From Lytechinus pictus (lineage: Eukaryota), in assembly GCF_037042905.1 (NCBI RefSeq), contig NC_087252.1, positions 27,530,001-27,594,000 of the forward strand: a DNA stretch of 64,000 bases, in the 5' to 3' direction. The position numbers were made by a program, and so were the translations under genes. Positions 36,831-49,784 of the stretch are shown in pieces; position 1 is the stretch's first letter, and every line of letters starts with the position of its first letter. Below the pieces are notes generated by a model that was not told where the DNA came from, did not search any database, and was given only the letters and a program-made list of their open reading frames with translations.

Positions 36831-38681
36831 TAGTGATATTTCCCTGCTGAAACTGTCATCCTATTTGCGGTTCGTCTGCAAAAGGCCGCTTCCGAGAACA
36901 ATTAATATTACTTCGGAAGCCTCGTCACCCATAAAAAAATCAATTTGATAATTTTGAATATTGAGGGTTTATATATTACTGTAATAGCTATTGACTTTAA
37001 TGACCCATAATCTAATGATTAAGAATATACATTTTGAATGAGAAAGATAAAATGGTATTGATTCACCGATGAATTATATTAATTTAGCAATGTTAGTAAA
37101 CTTTTTTGGTTTGCATTAGCAGTTTTTGTAAACTTTTCTTGTTACTATGTAGGAATGGAGCTTACCATCTGTTTTCCTAGTATTGTTTCCCTGTAAATTG
37201 TTTTGTAAAAAAATGAATAATATAGTGGAATGTTGTCCATCTCACATTAACTGATGTATATAAAAGTAATCCTATTTTCCTCTTCATTTTTAGGAAATCC
37301 TAAAAAAATCAATTCAATTTTACGTACTGACGTATAGCTCTTTCATGTTTCACGACCAAGAAAAAAAGGAATGAAAATGATGAAAAAATAGTGAAATGAA
37401 GACATATTCCGGATGCTATGTCAAAATCATCACAACAATAGCATTTCGTATTCGGAAGGTCAGGTTTTTCTCGCTCGCTTCACTTGTCAAGATATTTTTT
37501 GTTGTTGAAACATTGGCCCCTTATTTTTTATTTTATTATTTTTTTTACTTACGCTACAGATTTGGCGATTGGCTTTAGGCTATATATAATTGCATGGGAG
37601 TTTGTTCCACGATTCTGTTTAATCTTGTAAATCTTTTTATGATTCATTTCAATAAAAACTGAAATATGCATATAATAGCATGGTAAAAAATTAGTGAACC
37701 TCACCACAAAATGCACTACTTTATTGAATGTAGACAGCAAGGCTGCAGCCCAGCCCAGAAAAGCAAACTTCATTGAATATAATGTTTTATCCCCCGACTA
37801 TTAAAATCTGTAAATACATGTATGGCCGAACGTGAACACCTTAAATGTGTTCATTTTTCTGGGGTTCACCAACTATTGAGCACCACTGTTTAGGTGGAAT
37901 TTGTACAATTTGAGCAAGTTTAGGAAATGGAAGGCTGTTCAATTTTTTTCACTTTGAGCAAGTTTAAGAAATGGAAGGCTGTTTAAATTTCGCTATTATT
38001 GTACTTCAATTTGTAAATATATATGCAGATTAATTAGAAATTGCTTCAGTGATTGATTACCCATGGGCCAATGGGATAAATGGTGCTGTTCTCATAATCG
38101 CCATTCGACGTAAAGATGTCCAAGTTTGCTAGTAATCCACGCTCTCTGTATAAATTTGATTGGGAGACCCCGAGAGCAGCGAAGCGCTTCCCAGGGACGG
38201 CAGCAGACCATGGTGACCTCGGGGAGCACTCGGGACCGCAGTCATCCGTCGGCTCGCTCCCGCGTTTGAATCGCCATGGCAACACTTGCGCTAGGCTGAC
38301 CTAAATTCTCAAATTAGCGTGACTTTTCCCGTTGATTTAGCCAGAAATGGGGGAATCGTGTGTCGCCGAGTATAGAAGGCAAAATCATCAAGCCGCTTTA
38401 TTCTTAAGACATAAAGGCCCCTTTGAGATGAGGATTATACGTTAGATTGTTTGGGAGCGCAATACATCTTGGTAACACGAGGGAGAGAGAAAGTGAGAGA
38501 GAGATAGAGAGAGAGAGAGAGGAAGATGGAGGGAGTAACGGATAACCATTCCTCACGTCATAGAGTCAACTTTAATCTTTAGGCTTGCGAACGATTTAAT
38601 GTCTAAACAAAAATGCGCAACCGATTATTTGTGTGTTTTTCTATAAGGTTTAATGTCGCTGTAAAAATATTCTTCTAATCC

Positions 38682-39090
38682 GGCATGGTGTGGCTCAGTG
38701 GTAAAGCGCCTGCCTCATGAACGGGAGGTCGTGGGTTCGATCCCCGACCGTGTCATACCAAAAAAAAACCCTCTAAAGATGGAACATTGTGCCTCCTGTA
38801 TTGACGATTAGCGGTCAGATGGGAGAAAGTATAGGGCCCCCTGGTAGTAGTCTGCAGGCCCTGACTCATATTTGACACTTAACCAATAACAGGTCTATAG
38901 GGTGAAGACTAGACTCTATAGACTTTGTCTGTGTCAATAAGTAGAGACAGCCACAGTACATAGTCAATCTAGTCTCGCTACTTCAGACTCTGCATTATGA
39001 ACTATGCGAATTGCGAAGGGTCTGTGCCTGCAGACTACCCTGGGAGAGCAGTTTTGAAACTTAAGTGACTACCCTTTGGTACAAAAAAAA
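38682..39090 (+). mobile_element. tRNA-derived SINE, interrupted by a MITE at 38848-39037
   Basis: A box tggctcagtgg, B box ggttcgatccc; LINE-like tail ccctgggagagcagttttgaaact...taccct plus A-rich end. Confidence 0.75.
38848..39037 (+). mobile_element. AcademH-like MITE (second family)
   Basis: tagtctgcaggc / gcctgcagacta TIR; 9-bp TSD ccctggtag/ccctgggag; inverted relative at 52208-52390. Confidence 0.8.
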
Positions 39091-39160
39091 ACGTAATTAT
39101 TGTTATTTTCTATTTAACCACCACTCATGATATCCATCATTTCCCTCATAACGATTACAG

Positions 39161-39317
39161 ATCACAGAGAGTTGATGAAGAGTCTACCTCATCGAATCTG
39201 CAAATCGTTGTCTTCCATTCCAGGCGTTTGTATCGTAGGCCACACACCAAAGACTTCAGGGATGATAACAGACTTCCATTAAAAACGGCTGGAACCACTC
39301 CTATATCACCCGTCCAA
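39161..39317 (+). other. Candidate exon (157 nt) with one open frame
   Basis: ttacag acceptor, caa|gtaaga donor; open frame SQRVDEESTSSNLQIVVFHSRRLYRRPHTKDFRDDNRLPLKTAGTTPISPVQ, not recognised. Confidence 0.2.
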
Positions 39318-40321
39318 GTAAGAGAATAATTCTTATATTTCGTCACATACATACATTCTTGATAATCAAATTGGGTGTCATTACATCCTACATTTCAAAT
39401 TCTATTTTACCCCCAATAAAAAAGGATGGGGAGGGGGAGTGAGGATTTCTTCGAGCGTTTATATTACTTTTAATGGCCTTTCATTTGTTCTTTCATGGTT
39501 AAATTATAATGGGCTGATATTGGATTGATATATCATTTTATTTAAAACATTTTTTCAAAGTTACGAAATATCTTCTAGTTTGTGGATTATGGGACAGCTG
39601 GCTTTCCACAGTTGCGATTAATATGAGCCAATAGCATCTCTTAAAGGACTTGATTCTTCGGCTACTCACAGCAAAGGTCGGACAATGGACTCTCGCAAAC
39701 TATAGAGATGCTCTACGGGCTTCAGAAGATAATTCTTCCACCAGGGGGATACATACGGGGGCGTTTAACAATGCAGACCATTTGGACCATTCCATTTATG
39801 ATTTTACTCTTGAAAAAAAAGTCACGGTCGTTTTCATAAAATTCTCCATCACGACCGGTAGAGGTGGTAAATTCCAATGAAAGTTTTCCCTGACATCCAC
39901 AGCAGGTGATCGAACATTCGCTCCGGCGATGATAATATAAGAACTCGCTGAATGTTGGTGTGGTGTTTTTTTTGCCCATGAATTGAATTCGTCGAGGCTC
40001 ACGTGTAGGTCATGGCAAGCGCCGAGGTTTACGATTGGTGCAATTTCATGAAATGGTATATGGTGACATCGGTTTTGATTTTTTTTTTAAATCGGGTTAG
40101 CGTATCTCATTGATCTGCACATTCGATTAGATACACTGGAAGGAAAAGCCAGCACATAGACAGCTATAATAAACATCGACACAAACACATTAAAAAAATA
40201 AACATACAAAATCGGAAGAAGAGAGAGAGAGAGGGGGGGGGGGGGGGGTAGAGAGAGAACGGGATTGAAATGGTCTCACAACTAGGCCCTACTCACAACT
40301 GTTATCTTCGTTAGATGTGTA

Positions 40322-40508
40322 CATAGTAAAAACTCTTTAAAATTTCATACAACGCTGTTTATTCAAGAACCTTTGAAAATTAAGAAGCAAAAATAAAACT
40401 TTGTTGCTTAAGATTTTAAAAAATTGTGTAAAATGTTTAAACAACTGCTGTAAGTTTCATACAGTAAACCATGTTTCATAAAAAAATAATAAACGGCGTT
40501 TTACGGTG
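40322..40508. mobile_element. EnSpm-like MITE, degenerate
   Basis: catagtaaaaa ... ttttacggtg; inverted homolog of 41360-41577. Confidence 0.55.
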
Positions 40509-40668
40509 CAAAGACTGCAGAAGTTGTGGTCAAAGTGACTGACCTGTCCTGTGCCCTATTACTGAAACATATTAAGTAGGGCTTTGAAGCATAAAGCTTT
40601 GAATCCACTCACTAATGACAATGATCAATCCAGATCATTGTATGGGACACTTTCGACCTGGAACCAAT

Positions 40669-41068
40669 AGGCGGTGCTGCACCATCCCGAGTTTGCTCAA
40701 TCTCGAGATTTTAGCCCGATCGGCCCTCTTCGTGATTAATCTCGAGATTCAAGAAACCGCGTCTCCACCATTGCAAGAAGAGCAATTCCTGCTCGAGCGA
40801 GGCATCGATGCATTATGGTCTGACGCCGTGAATAAATAATCCCGAGTGTGTCTGCACCTACCAATTAGCGCGATAATTCGTAAAATAGCGCGCTATTTTG
40901 CAAATAATCCCAAGTTCACTTGGGATTGCAATCTCGAGATTAATCCTACGAACTAGCGCGATAATTGCGTCTCCATTGCAAATAATCTTGAGATTGTTCA
41001 GATCGGGATAATTTGCCGGATCAGAAATAACGCGCTAATTTGAAAACTCAGGATGGTGCAGACGGCCC
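40669..41068. mobile_element. Harbinger-like MITE with aatctcgagatt palindromic subrepeats
   Basis: ctgcaccatcc / ggatggtgcagacggccc|taa. Confidence 0.7.
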
Positions 41069-41126
41069 TAATGAGAACTGTTCTTTTAATTCCATCGCAG
41101 ACTTTTGTTGTTGTTGCAGGACCATA

Positions 41127-41272
41127 GAGAGCGTTTCGTGGAAGGACCTGTCAGACGTTTTATCCGACATGACATGCCCCATTTTATCCGAAAGTTGCCA
41201 TAGTAACAATGCTTCTTAGCCAATCAAAATCAAATAAAGTTGTCAGATCTGACAACTTGTCGGACGAAAAAA
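41127..41272 (+). mobile_element. Harbinger-like MITE (family of 42683), truncated
   Basis: Direct homology to 42683-42839. Confidence 0.7.
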
Positions 41273-41359
41273 AAATGTCATCCTAATATGATAATTTTTT
41301 AGATCAGCTTCTCAGTTCTCACAAAGTTAAAGGAAAGGAGAGTTGCCATGGGCCACGTA

Positions 41360-41577
41360 CACAGTAAAGACGCTGTTTATTTTTTTGTACAATGCCGTTT
41401 ACTCAATGAACCTTACACTAGTTGTTTAAACAGTTTAAACAAGTGTTTAAAATCGTAAACAAAGTTTAAGTTTCAATATTAATTTCAATTATCAATAAAT
41501 TGAGCATGGTTGTTTAAATTGTTAAGCAACTACTGTAAGCAGCGTTGTATGGAACTTTAAACATCGTTTTTACTGTG
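41360..41577. mobile_element. EnSpm-like MITE
   Basis: ta|cacagtaaa ... tttactgtg|ta. Confidence 0.7.
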
Positions 41578-41678
41578 TATGTTCAGTGCCCCGTAAGTTT
41601 AGAATGCAAGTGAAACAAGTTCATTGTTGATGAATATTTCCAGGACAGGGGGCTATTGGGGTTCATAAGTATTGGAGC

Positions 41679-41839
41679 TAGTCTGCTGTGTAAACCCTTC
41701 CCTCGAGTTCAGGGTCTGAATGCGCAGCCTATAATGCCTTGTGTACTGAGGGCCCTCTGCAAGTTCTAAATGTGCTAGTCTTTGCATGGAGACCCACTTG
41801 TTGATCGAAGTTTCAATCAGGGTCTGTAACTGCAGACTA
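41679..41839 (+). mobile_element. AcademH-like MITE
   Basis: tagtctgc/gcagacta; flanks tattggagc/cattggatg (6/9). Confidence 0.75.
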
Positions 41840-42539
41840 CATTGGATGATCCATGGAACGTATTTAATTCTTCATTCAAAATAACAAGTTCTACTTCTAA
41901 ATGATTTCTGATCATTCAAATAATAAAAAGTTCTGCTTCTAAATGATTTTTAATCAAAGTGTTTTCGATATTAATTCCCCCCATCATTTTTTTGCTCTTT
42001 GTAACGTTTGGAATGAAGAGCTTGCAAGAACCTAGTCAGATTTTGTACTTTCATATCGTAACAAGTAAATTAAGTTGCCTTCAAGTATTACGCATGATTC
42101 ATTTTTTTTTAGATTAGGAAAATTGTTGGATAATATTAATGCGTATAGGATGTGTTTGGCAGATTTGTGTGCAGTATAAAGTTCTTATACTAATACAGAA
42201 TAATTGTTTAATGAAGCCTTTGTATGTTTCAGTTGAACTAAAGAATATAGGGGGTTTTCATGAAGACGTTGCACTTAAAGGGGAAAAAAAAGGCTTACTA
42301 TGATCATAGTAACAGTGCGTCGTTCTGCTTCTGTCTATGTCAACGCCTAACGTTATTCGTCTCATTATTACGTAATCCACTGTCACATGAAATACGCAAA
42401 TTTTCAGTCTTGTGTTGAATGATTAAGGAGCTGATGTGGTTAGAACATGAGAAGGTATGGTGAGAGACTGTGATAACACGGGACTGCAAGAGCACTGTCA
42501 AAATAGGAAATCATAACGAAAATAAGTACAAATTTATCT

Positions 42540-42940
42540 AAAAAGGGTGCTTTGGGCCGAAAGTAATCATACCTAAATAAATAATGTAGAATTTACCGAG
42601 CAAAACGCTGAAAATTTCATCAAAGCTTGATAACAAATGACAAAATTATTGAATTGAAAGTGTATGTAGTTTATTACAACAGGGGAGCGTTTCATGAAAG
42701 GACTTGTCGGACGTTTTATCCGACAAGCCATATTTTATCCGACAGTTACCATAGTAACAGTGCTTGTAAGCCAATCAAAATCAAGGAAAGTTGGCAGATC
42801 TGACAACTTGTCAGACGAAAATATTGATGAAACGTTCCCCAGGTTTACGCAAGTCGTCATCAATGAATATGCAATTCGCGGGCTCGTAATGTCTTGTCCC
42901 CACTTTCCTTTTTGTAATGTTATTACTTACCTAAAAATTA
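42540..42940 (+). mobile_element. Old Kolobok-like fragment (family D) split by a MITE
   Basis: Homology to 46628-47020 on both sides of 42683-42839. Confidence 0.5.
42683..42839 (+). mobile_element. Harbinger-like MITE, complete
   Basis: TIR gggagcgtttcat / atgaaacgttccc; 3-bp TSD cag. Confidence 0.8.
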
Positions 42941-44061
42941 TTATAGAAATGAATTCTACGTTTGTTTGCTCGTTTCCTGTATTCTATATACGCTTTAGTA
43001 TACTTATATCCCACCCACGTTAAACAAACCCCCCATATTACTCGGCCCCTCACGTGAACGCATTGTTCGGTTTATAGAAGGCCCAACCTCGACACGGATT
43101 GTGAGGATTCTTTATGGCACATACGGAAAAGCATGAAAAGTGGACATGAGGGACCATCTATCATCGCCAGGCAACCAGGCGAAAATGTTTCCAACGTCCG
43201 CAGAGGATGGGTCGGAATGATTTGTTGCGAGCGGAACGGATCACGTGTTTGAAAGTTTCGACAGTATATGATTTTCAGAGAAATGTTGGAAATAAAATGT
43301 CGACGTTCATTAATTTTTCAAAAATAGTGATCCAGTTTGGCCTCGCCTGAAGTTAAAAAGTTCGACAGTCACGTTTCCCGTTGGTCTGCGAAAATGCGAT
43401 CCTAAATGACGTGGAACCAAAATGTGTGGAATTAAGCTGTTCCCGATATATTCGTTTTTATTATTATTATTTCATGGTGTCAAACCACAAGCCTCATTGG
43501 TAAAATAAGGAATCGGATCGGAGGTTTCACGATGCAATATAAATAAAAGTGTTTAAAGACAATTTAAAAGGAACACTTGCAACATAATCGAGGGAAGGTA
43601 CTAAATCTGCATTGTCGATATAAATTTTTTACAGATAAGAAATCGATATCATAAAACGATATTACAGTCCATGATCTGCGTTTTAGAATCATTGTACAAA
43701 TGCATATTTACTATTAAAACCTGGCCTAAAAATCAGATTGTAAGGATTCTTTGAATTGTGACCTTCATAATTATGCACGTTACTTAGTCACGCCATCATA
43801 TTCGGTTGTTTTTACCTAAGTGGTCTCATTAGAAATAAATATAAAAATAAGAAATAAAAACGTATCTACTAGCCACCTTGTTTGGATTCATACAGTTAAG
43901 TTGTTTGTCAAGTCAAATAAGAAGTCGGTTTCACGAAGCATTGGAATTTCGTATAGCAAAATCCTCGAATGCCAAAGAATGGCAAAGTTCAACATCTGTA
44001 TTTTATGCGACAAAAGTGCGCGTAATGTGCGCTAAAATAAGTAAGCTTCGCCTGTTGATCT

Positions 44062-44364
44062 AATAATAATAATAATAATTGGCATTTATATCGCGCTTTA
44101 TCAATCTACGACTGTTTAAAGCGCTTCACAATTATTATTACCCGGTCACTGGATTCAAAGCATTCCAAGCAGCCTGTTAGGCGCAAACTTGCTAAACCAA
44201 CCACAATGACGGTTGTTTCCTACCGGTACCCAATTAGCACCTGGGTGAGAGTGGCAAAGTATGGACTGACGCCTTGCCAAAGGGCGCTAGGCCATGGTGG
44301 GATTCGAACACACGACCCTCTGATTACAAGGCGAGAGTCAGAACCGCTACGCCACGGCGCTTCC
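44062..44364 (-). mobile_element. tRNA-derived SINE, full length
   Basis: On the minus strand: A box tggcgtagcgg, B box gttcgaatccc, body, L2-like tail and (ATT)n end. Confidence 0.85.
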
Positions 44365-44395
44365 ACTCGGGATTGCTTGGAGTCGTTTCCCGTTA

Positions 44396-44510
44396 CACTG
44401 CAAAAATACCGGTGTTAATTTTTACACCAGCTCGGTATCAACATGGATATCGGAAACACCAGAGAGGTGTTGAAACAGCACCACTTCGGCTTTAGGCTAA
44501 CACCAGATTA
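44396..44510 (+). mobile_element. EnSpm-like MITE left-end fragment
   Basis: cactgcaaaaataccggtgtt; related to 55924-56159. Confidence 0.55.
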
Positions 44511-46627
44511 GAGTAGCTTTTAACTGTTATTGCAAATTTGTTATTGTAACAAGTTTTATGAAACGGACCCCTGGATTTTTCTTTATTATTAAATAAGGGG
44601 TTGATATATATATATATTGTAATATATTTATGGTTCTAAAACTAATAAAAGTACTATTCAGTTTTGTTCAAGAATAAAGGTTTCTAGGGGGAAAACTTTC
44701 TCTTTAATGACCAAATAAATTAAAATGAAATAAAAACAATTTGAAAGTAAACATGAACCTCATTTAGTTTGTGATGATAAACCTATTCATCTCCAACATT
44801 AAATTCTCACCCACGCACCTAATTTTCTTTGAAATTTTCACGACGTCATCGTAATAAACCTGCCATGAATTTAGTCTTTTCATATAAAACATAAAAGGGG
44901 AGTAAATGCTTTAATTCCCTTGTTAGGGTTCTTGACAAGTATCCTATTTCAGGAGGTCTTCTTCATGGCCCACAGCTGGTGTCGACCGCCTTGATCCTCG
45001 CGTGGTTGGCATTCTACGGCTACCCGCGGTACTCTCCATAAATTTGAATTATTTTGTAAACAAATGCCATGTTAAGCCTCCACGGAAAAGAGCAAATATT
45101 GGTCCTCATTAATTATCGGCGCTAATCCGTTTGTACGCAGTCATTGGTCATTCGACAACACTGGACTGCGTGAACGATTTGCGCGTTAGGAGTTCTTACT
45201 TGCATGAAGATTCGTTGGTTCTCGTTCTTTCTTTAATTTTGCAAAAAGATATCTTTGGTATAATCATTGTTGTACACTTTTTTTAAGTCATAACTTTTCT
45301 CAAATTCGCCCAATATCCGGTCGACTTCAGTTTATAACGAAGTCGGTTTTGATTTATCGATTTGGGGCTCTCACACTTTGCTCCCTCATATTTTTTTCCA
45401 TAAATGATGCACTGTATCATGCCACTCAATTTTTTCGTTCGCTTCATTATGCCAGTATTACCATGATTACTAATACATGTTTGTTCAGTTTCCATTTAAG
45501 ACAGACAATTTTAGCAAATGATGTAGTTGAAGTTCGAAGTGTCTGCCTTTAAGATGTAAATGGAATTACGTTTGTAGTGGTCCCTAAATACTTCTTTTCA
45601 AAATGTGAAAAAGCATTTGACATGTTTAGGGAGTAGTATTAAGCTCTTGATCCAATTTTGTTGATAGTTCAAAAAAAAATTGATGGCCCGAAAGGCGAAA
45701 TTGCTTAAATCGGTTTAGTCTCGTGAGCGATTTACCAGCATCTTATAAGATAGAACGTTGATGAAATTCTCAGAATGACATTTAATTCAGGATAATATAT
45801 CATATCAGACAGAATGGTGATATACCTGTTGAAAAACAAGATGAAATTGTGATATTCAACTCTTGTAAATAAATAATAACTGCATGACTGAAAGCACGAA
45901 TCCTGCAATCTAATCGTTTATTGCGTATCACCCCGAATGTCGTATCACTTTACACTAAGTGGTAGGATATCCGCTATTGTTTTCAATTTCACGGTTGGCT
46001 AAGTTCAGATGTACACAAACTCCTTCAAACGAACCATATGACGAATTTGTTAAAAGTCCTGGTAGTATTTTAAATATGACACTTCCACAATGTTTCATCA
46101 CCATATTGACACGACCGCTTGTTTGATATTCACATTCTCATATTTTTTTCCTGTCATGTTGGGTACTGACACCTGTGGTGTTGTGGCCGACGATAGTGAG
46201 CGCCGAATATTGATTCTACCGGTGACGTGTAATTTCAACCATTTTACCTGCATCGAGTTGTTTATTTCAGATTCTCTCTCAACAGCGTCAACAACGATCA
46301 TAATTGCGTTAATACGCGTTTTCGAGCAACGTCGTTCGCGTAGTTTTGGAGAACAATTTTGAGCTTTGATATAACGAGAAAGTGATCAGTTTTGACAGAT
46401 TGTCATTCGGGATGCACAATTCTGCAGTTGCTTCTCGCCATTTAACTTGTGATATTTAGAGAAGATGCCATTTCATTTTTGCAATTTGTACAATATAGGT
46501 ACGTATCGCCTTTTTTCTCTCTAATCCGTTATGAAAACCGAAGCGACATTTTATAAGCCTACTGCTCCTATATTTCTAGATATTACATCCACCTCCTATC
46601 TCATTCATTCTATGTCACCAAACTTAA

Positions 46628-47020
46628 AAGGGATGCTCAGGGCTGAAAATTTGTATAGCTAACTAAATAGATTAGAATTCACAGGGCAAAATGATGAACA
46701 TTTTATCAAAATCGGATGAAAAATAACGAAGTTATTGAATTTTAAAGATTTGCATTATTCCGGTGAAACAGTTCTAGGCATGTCTTCATGAATATTCATC
46801 AGGTGGGCTGATGGTGTCACGTCCCCACTTTCCCTTTTCTTATGTTATTACATGAAATCATAATTCTCAATATTTTCCATGAATGTGTAAATGATGTCTC
46901 CATTATTATAAAATAAGTTGCAGCAAGAAATAATTAATGCACTTAATCAGTTGTCAATCCAATTTTATTTCTTGGTAGAAGATTTTTGAATAAACCTAAT
47001 TTCATGTAATAAAATTAAAA
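46628..47020 (+). mobile_element. Kolobok-like non-autonomous fragment (family D)
   Basis: ttaa|aagggatg start; atcaaaatcggat motif shared with family A. Confidence 0.55.
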
Positions 47021-47307
47021 AAAGTTTGTAATAGCATTCATCTTACATGTACCTGTTTTCCTCTGATTTTTTTTTGTTGAAATTTATTCCTTTTTAGTTG
47101 CATTAATAGTACAGCAACATCCATGCTTATTATTCCTTCAATTATTCCTTCCTACCTATATTTGTCTATAATTATTATGCGTCACTTGGGACGTTTGCGA
47201 CCGGGCTTTTCTCAACCCAAGCTAGGCGTTTGAAGAAATTGAACACAATTTCATCAATTCTGGCTTCTTGCATCACCGGTCTTGTTTTGATCTGCATTTC
47301 CTTTTCT

Positions 47308-47438
47308 GGGACCCGTAACACAAAGGTTAGCGATCGATCGTACGCTTGACTTTTACGATTGATTGTACATTGTAGTCAGTGCAATCAATCGTAGAAAAAT
47401 GTTCTACGATCATTGCTCAGCTTTGTGTTACGGGGCCC
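47308..47438. mobile_element. Harbinger-like MITE
   Basis: gggacccgtaacacaaag / ctttgtgttacggggccc TIR. Confidence 0.75.
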
Positions 47439-48877
47439 GTTTATGTTTTTTCTTTCAATTTCCCATATTTCAATTTCATGAGATTTGCGAGTTGGGTGAT
47501 TATAAACTCCTGATGATATAGCAATTAGTGTGAATTGGTAAATCAGAACAAAACACCCATTTATGAGGTGAATAAACCATTGCTGAATTTGCCTCCCGAC
47601 CCCATTCACAGGAGCCATTATTTCCGGACCATCCCTTGAAATAAAATTGTAAAATTTCAGTGCTATTATCGAAAGGAATACGTGAAGGTTCATAAGCATG
47701 ATGGATGAGTGAATGAACAAATGAATTCAATGCAAGAAATAATTCAACGACTTATGAAATGAAAGAAGGAGGTCATGTTAGAACGTTATAAGACGTGGTT
47801 TATTTTTACTATCATTGTTGTCTTTTCCATAATATTACTGAACCACCATTATCTGTTTACTTTCTGGTTCTAAACTATGTTATAAGTTTATGATAACAGT
47901 TCTATGAATTTTATTACACTCCTGTGATAAGTACTTCAAGTAACATGAACAAAATTTCTGAGTAAAAACCTCATTTCTTAGTGACATGTAATCGGATATC
48001 GTTTTGACCTTGTAGATTGTTTTTTCATCCCCGTTCATAACTGTCATCGTCGAAAACAAATAATATTGTGCTTCGGGGGTGTGTTTTTTCATTTCCTTTC
48101 TTATATGTTTTCCTAAGGTTGCCTGATGAGGAAAAACAGGAAAGGTGTTTATTTCCGAGGTAGAAACAAATATATATCACCTTGGCAATTTTTCATCATT
48201 TCTGATGGGCAGTATTCAGAACATGCTGTGTTCCGTTTCACGATTTTTTTTTTAATTTCTTGTTCTTGAGATGTTTGTCCTCTATATCCGTCTATTATTT
48301 CACATGATGTCGGCTTTCTGTCAATGCCCCGCTCACCTAAGATGGTTGGTTGCTGGAGGCGTTATGTTTCCGAGTATTCCATCCGTCCGCCCCCCCCCCC
48401 CCCCCCGCTCACGAAGGAGTTTTTGCTCAGGATTCAAGAACAGAGTTAGTGTATTTTGAAAATGACAAAGAAATGACTAGTCTTTGTCGAAAATTTGAGA
48501 ACCGGAACAGTAGTATATCGTCTTAAGTTGTAGAGCTGATGAAAAATTGCAAATGTGTCGTTTGTCCAGAACCAGAGTCGAAGGAATAAACTTATTTATT
48601 TATTTATTCATTCATTAACAATATTTAAACAGCATGCCCAATCAACATAAAAATTGCTATCCCTTGGGGTCCTGCATATTAAAAAACAATCAAAAAATAT
48701 CTTATTATACACAGTAAAGTTAACGTGAGAAAAATATACATACATATTATGATAGAACATAATAGTTAAAGTAAGATATAAACAAAACTATAACTACGCA
48801 CATCATAAGAAAGAAGGGAATATACATTCATAGAGCACTTCTTTGTTGTTCTTTATCTTGACGGGCATTTGACAATA

Positions 48878-49099
48878 CCCTCTAAAATTCCAAGGATTTG
48901 AAATAAATCCAGATCGGCTGTGAATAGTGACCAGCCGAATTTGAATTTATTTTAAATCGTAAGGATTAACTTTTAAATCTCAAAAGATTTAAATTCAAAT
49001 CTTTTTAGATATATATTTAAATCAACAAGTTTTAAATCTAAATCTAATATTCGGCTGGTCACTATCTGGATTTATTTTAAATCCTTGGAATGTAGAGTG
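48878..49099. mobile_element. EnSpm-like MITE with long imperfect TIRs
   Basis: ttccaaggatttgaaataaatccagat..agtgaccagccgaat mirrored at the right end; ta flanks. Confidence 0.7.
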
Positions 49100-49701
49100 T
49101 AGTTCAATTCAAACTTGGCTGATGATAAGGCCCAGAAAATAGGGGAATTACAATTCTCTGATCACAAGGTAAACAGTCAAAGGTCGGTCAGAGGTCGTTG
49201 GAGTCAATACCTGAAAATATCAATTATTCTGCAATATCTGCACAACCGTTTGAGTGCATAAAGTCAAACTTGATATATGAATGAGGTAAAAAGTATCTAA
49301 AAAATGTATCTTCTCGGGATTAACAAACAACTTCTGAGGATCAACATCAAACTTGACTCATTTGTAGTGGAAATTAGATTTTTGGGTCATATTAGGTGAA
49401 AAGGTCACAAGGGACGTAATTTGACAAAATTAGAAAACACTTGAGTACTGTCTTTTGATTAGGCAGTGCATGGCCATTGCGTGCAATCAAGATTTTTTTT
49501 AAAGTGGTACCCCCTTTGAATTTGAAAGTAATCCAAATTTAATTCATTTCTCATCCATTTTCTTGTTTTATTTTACATTATGTTCCAATTATCACCCTCT
49601 GCTAGTCTTTATTTTGATTTTCAATAAGGTATATAATTATGATTGGTAGAATTCGTGATTTATTTTCAGTTCTCTTATATTATATTTTTATTTGGAACCC
49701 C

Positions 49702-49752
49702 TTTTTGTCTCACCTGCATAGCAGAGTGAGACTATAGGCGCCGCTTTTCCGA

Positions 49753-49784
<32 letters not shown>

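Noticed and set aside
38682..38760. tRNA gene
   Set aside because: A and B boxes are present but no convincing acceptor stem or poly-T terminator; it continues into a SINE body and tail
32288..40165. Identical 17-mer ccagcacatagacagct at 32288 and 40149 resembling a REST/RE1 site
   Set aside because: Spacing is one base short of canonical RE1, and one 17-mer match in 64 kb is only marginally unexpected
44290..44364. tRNA gene on the minus strand
   Set aside because: It is the head of a full-length SINE with an (ATT)n tail
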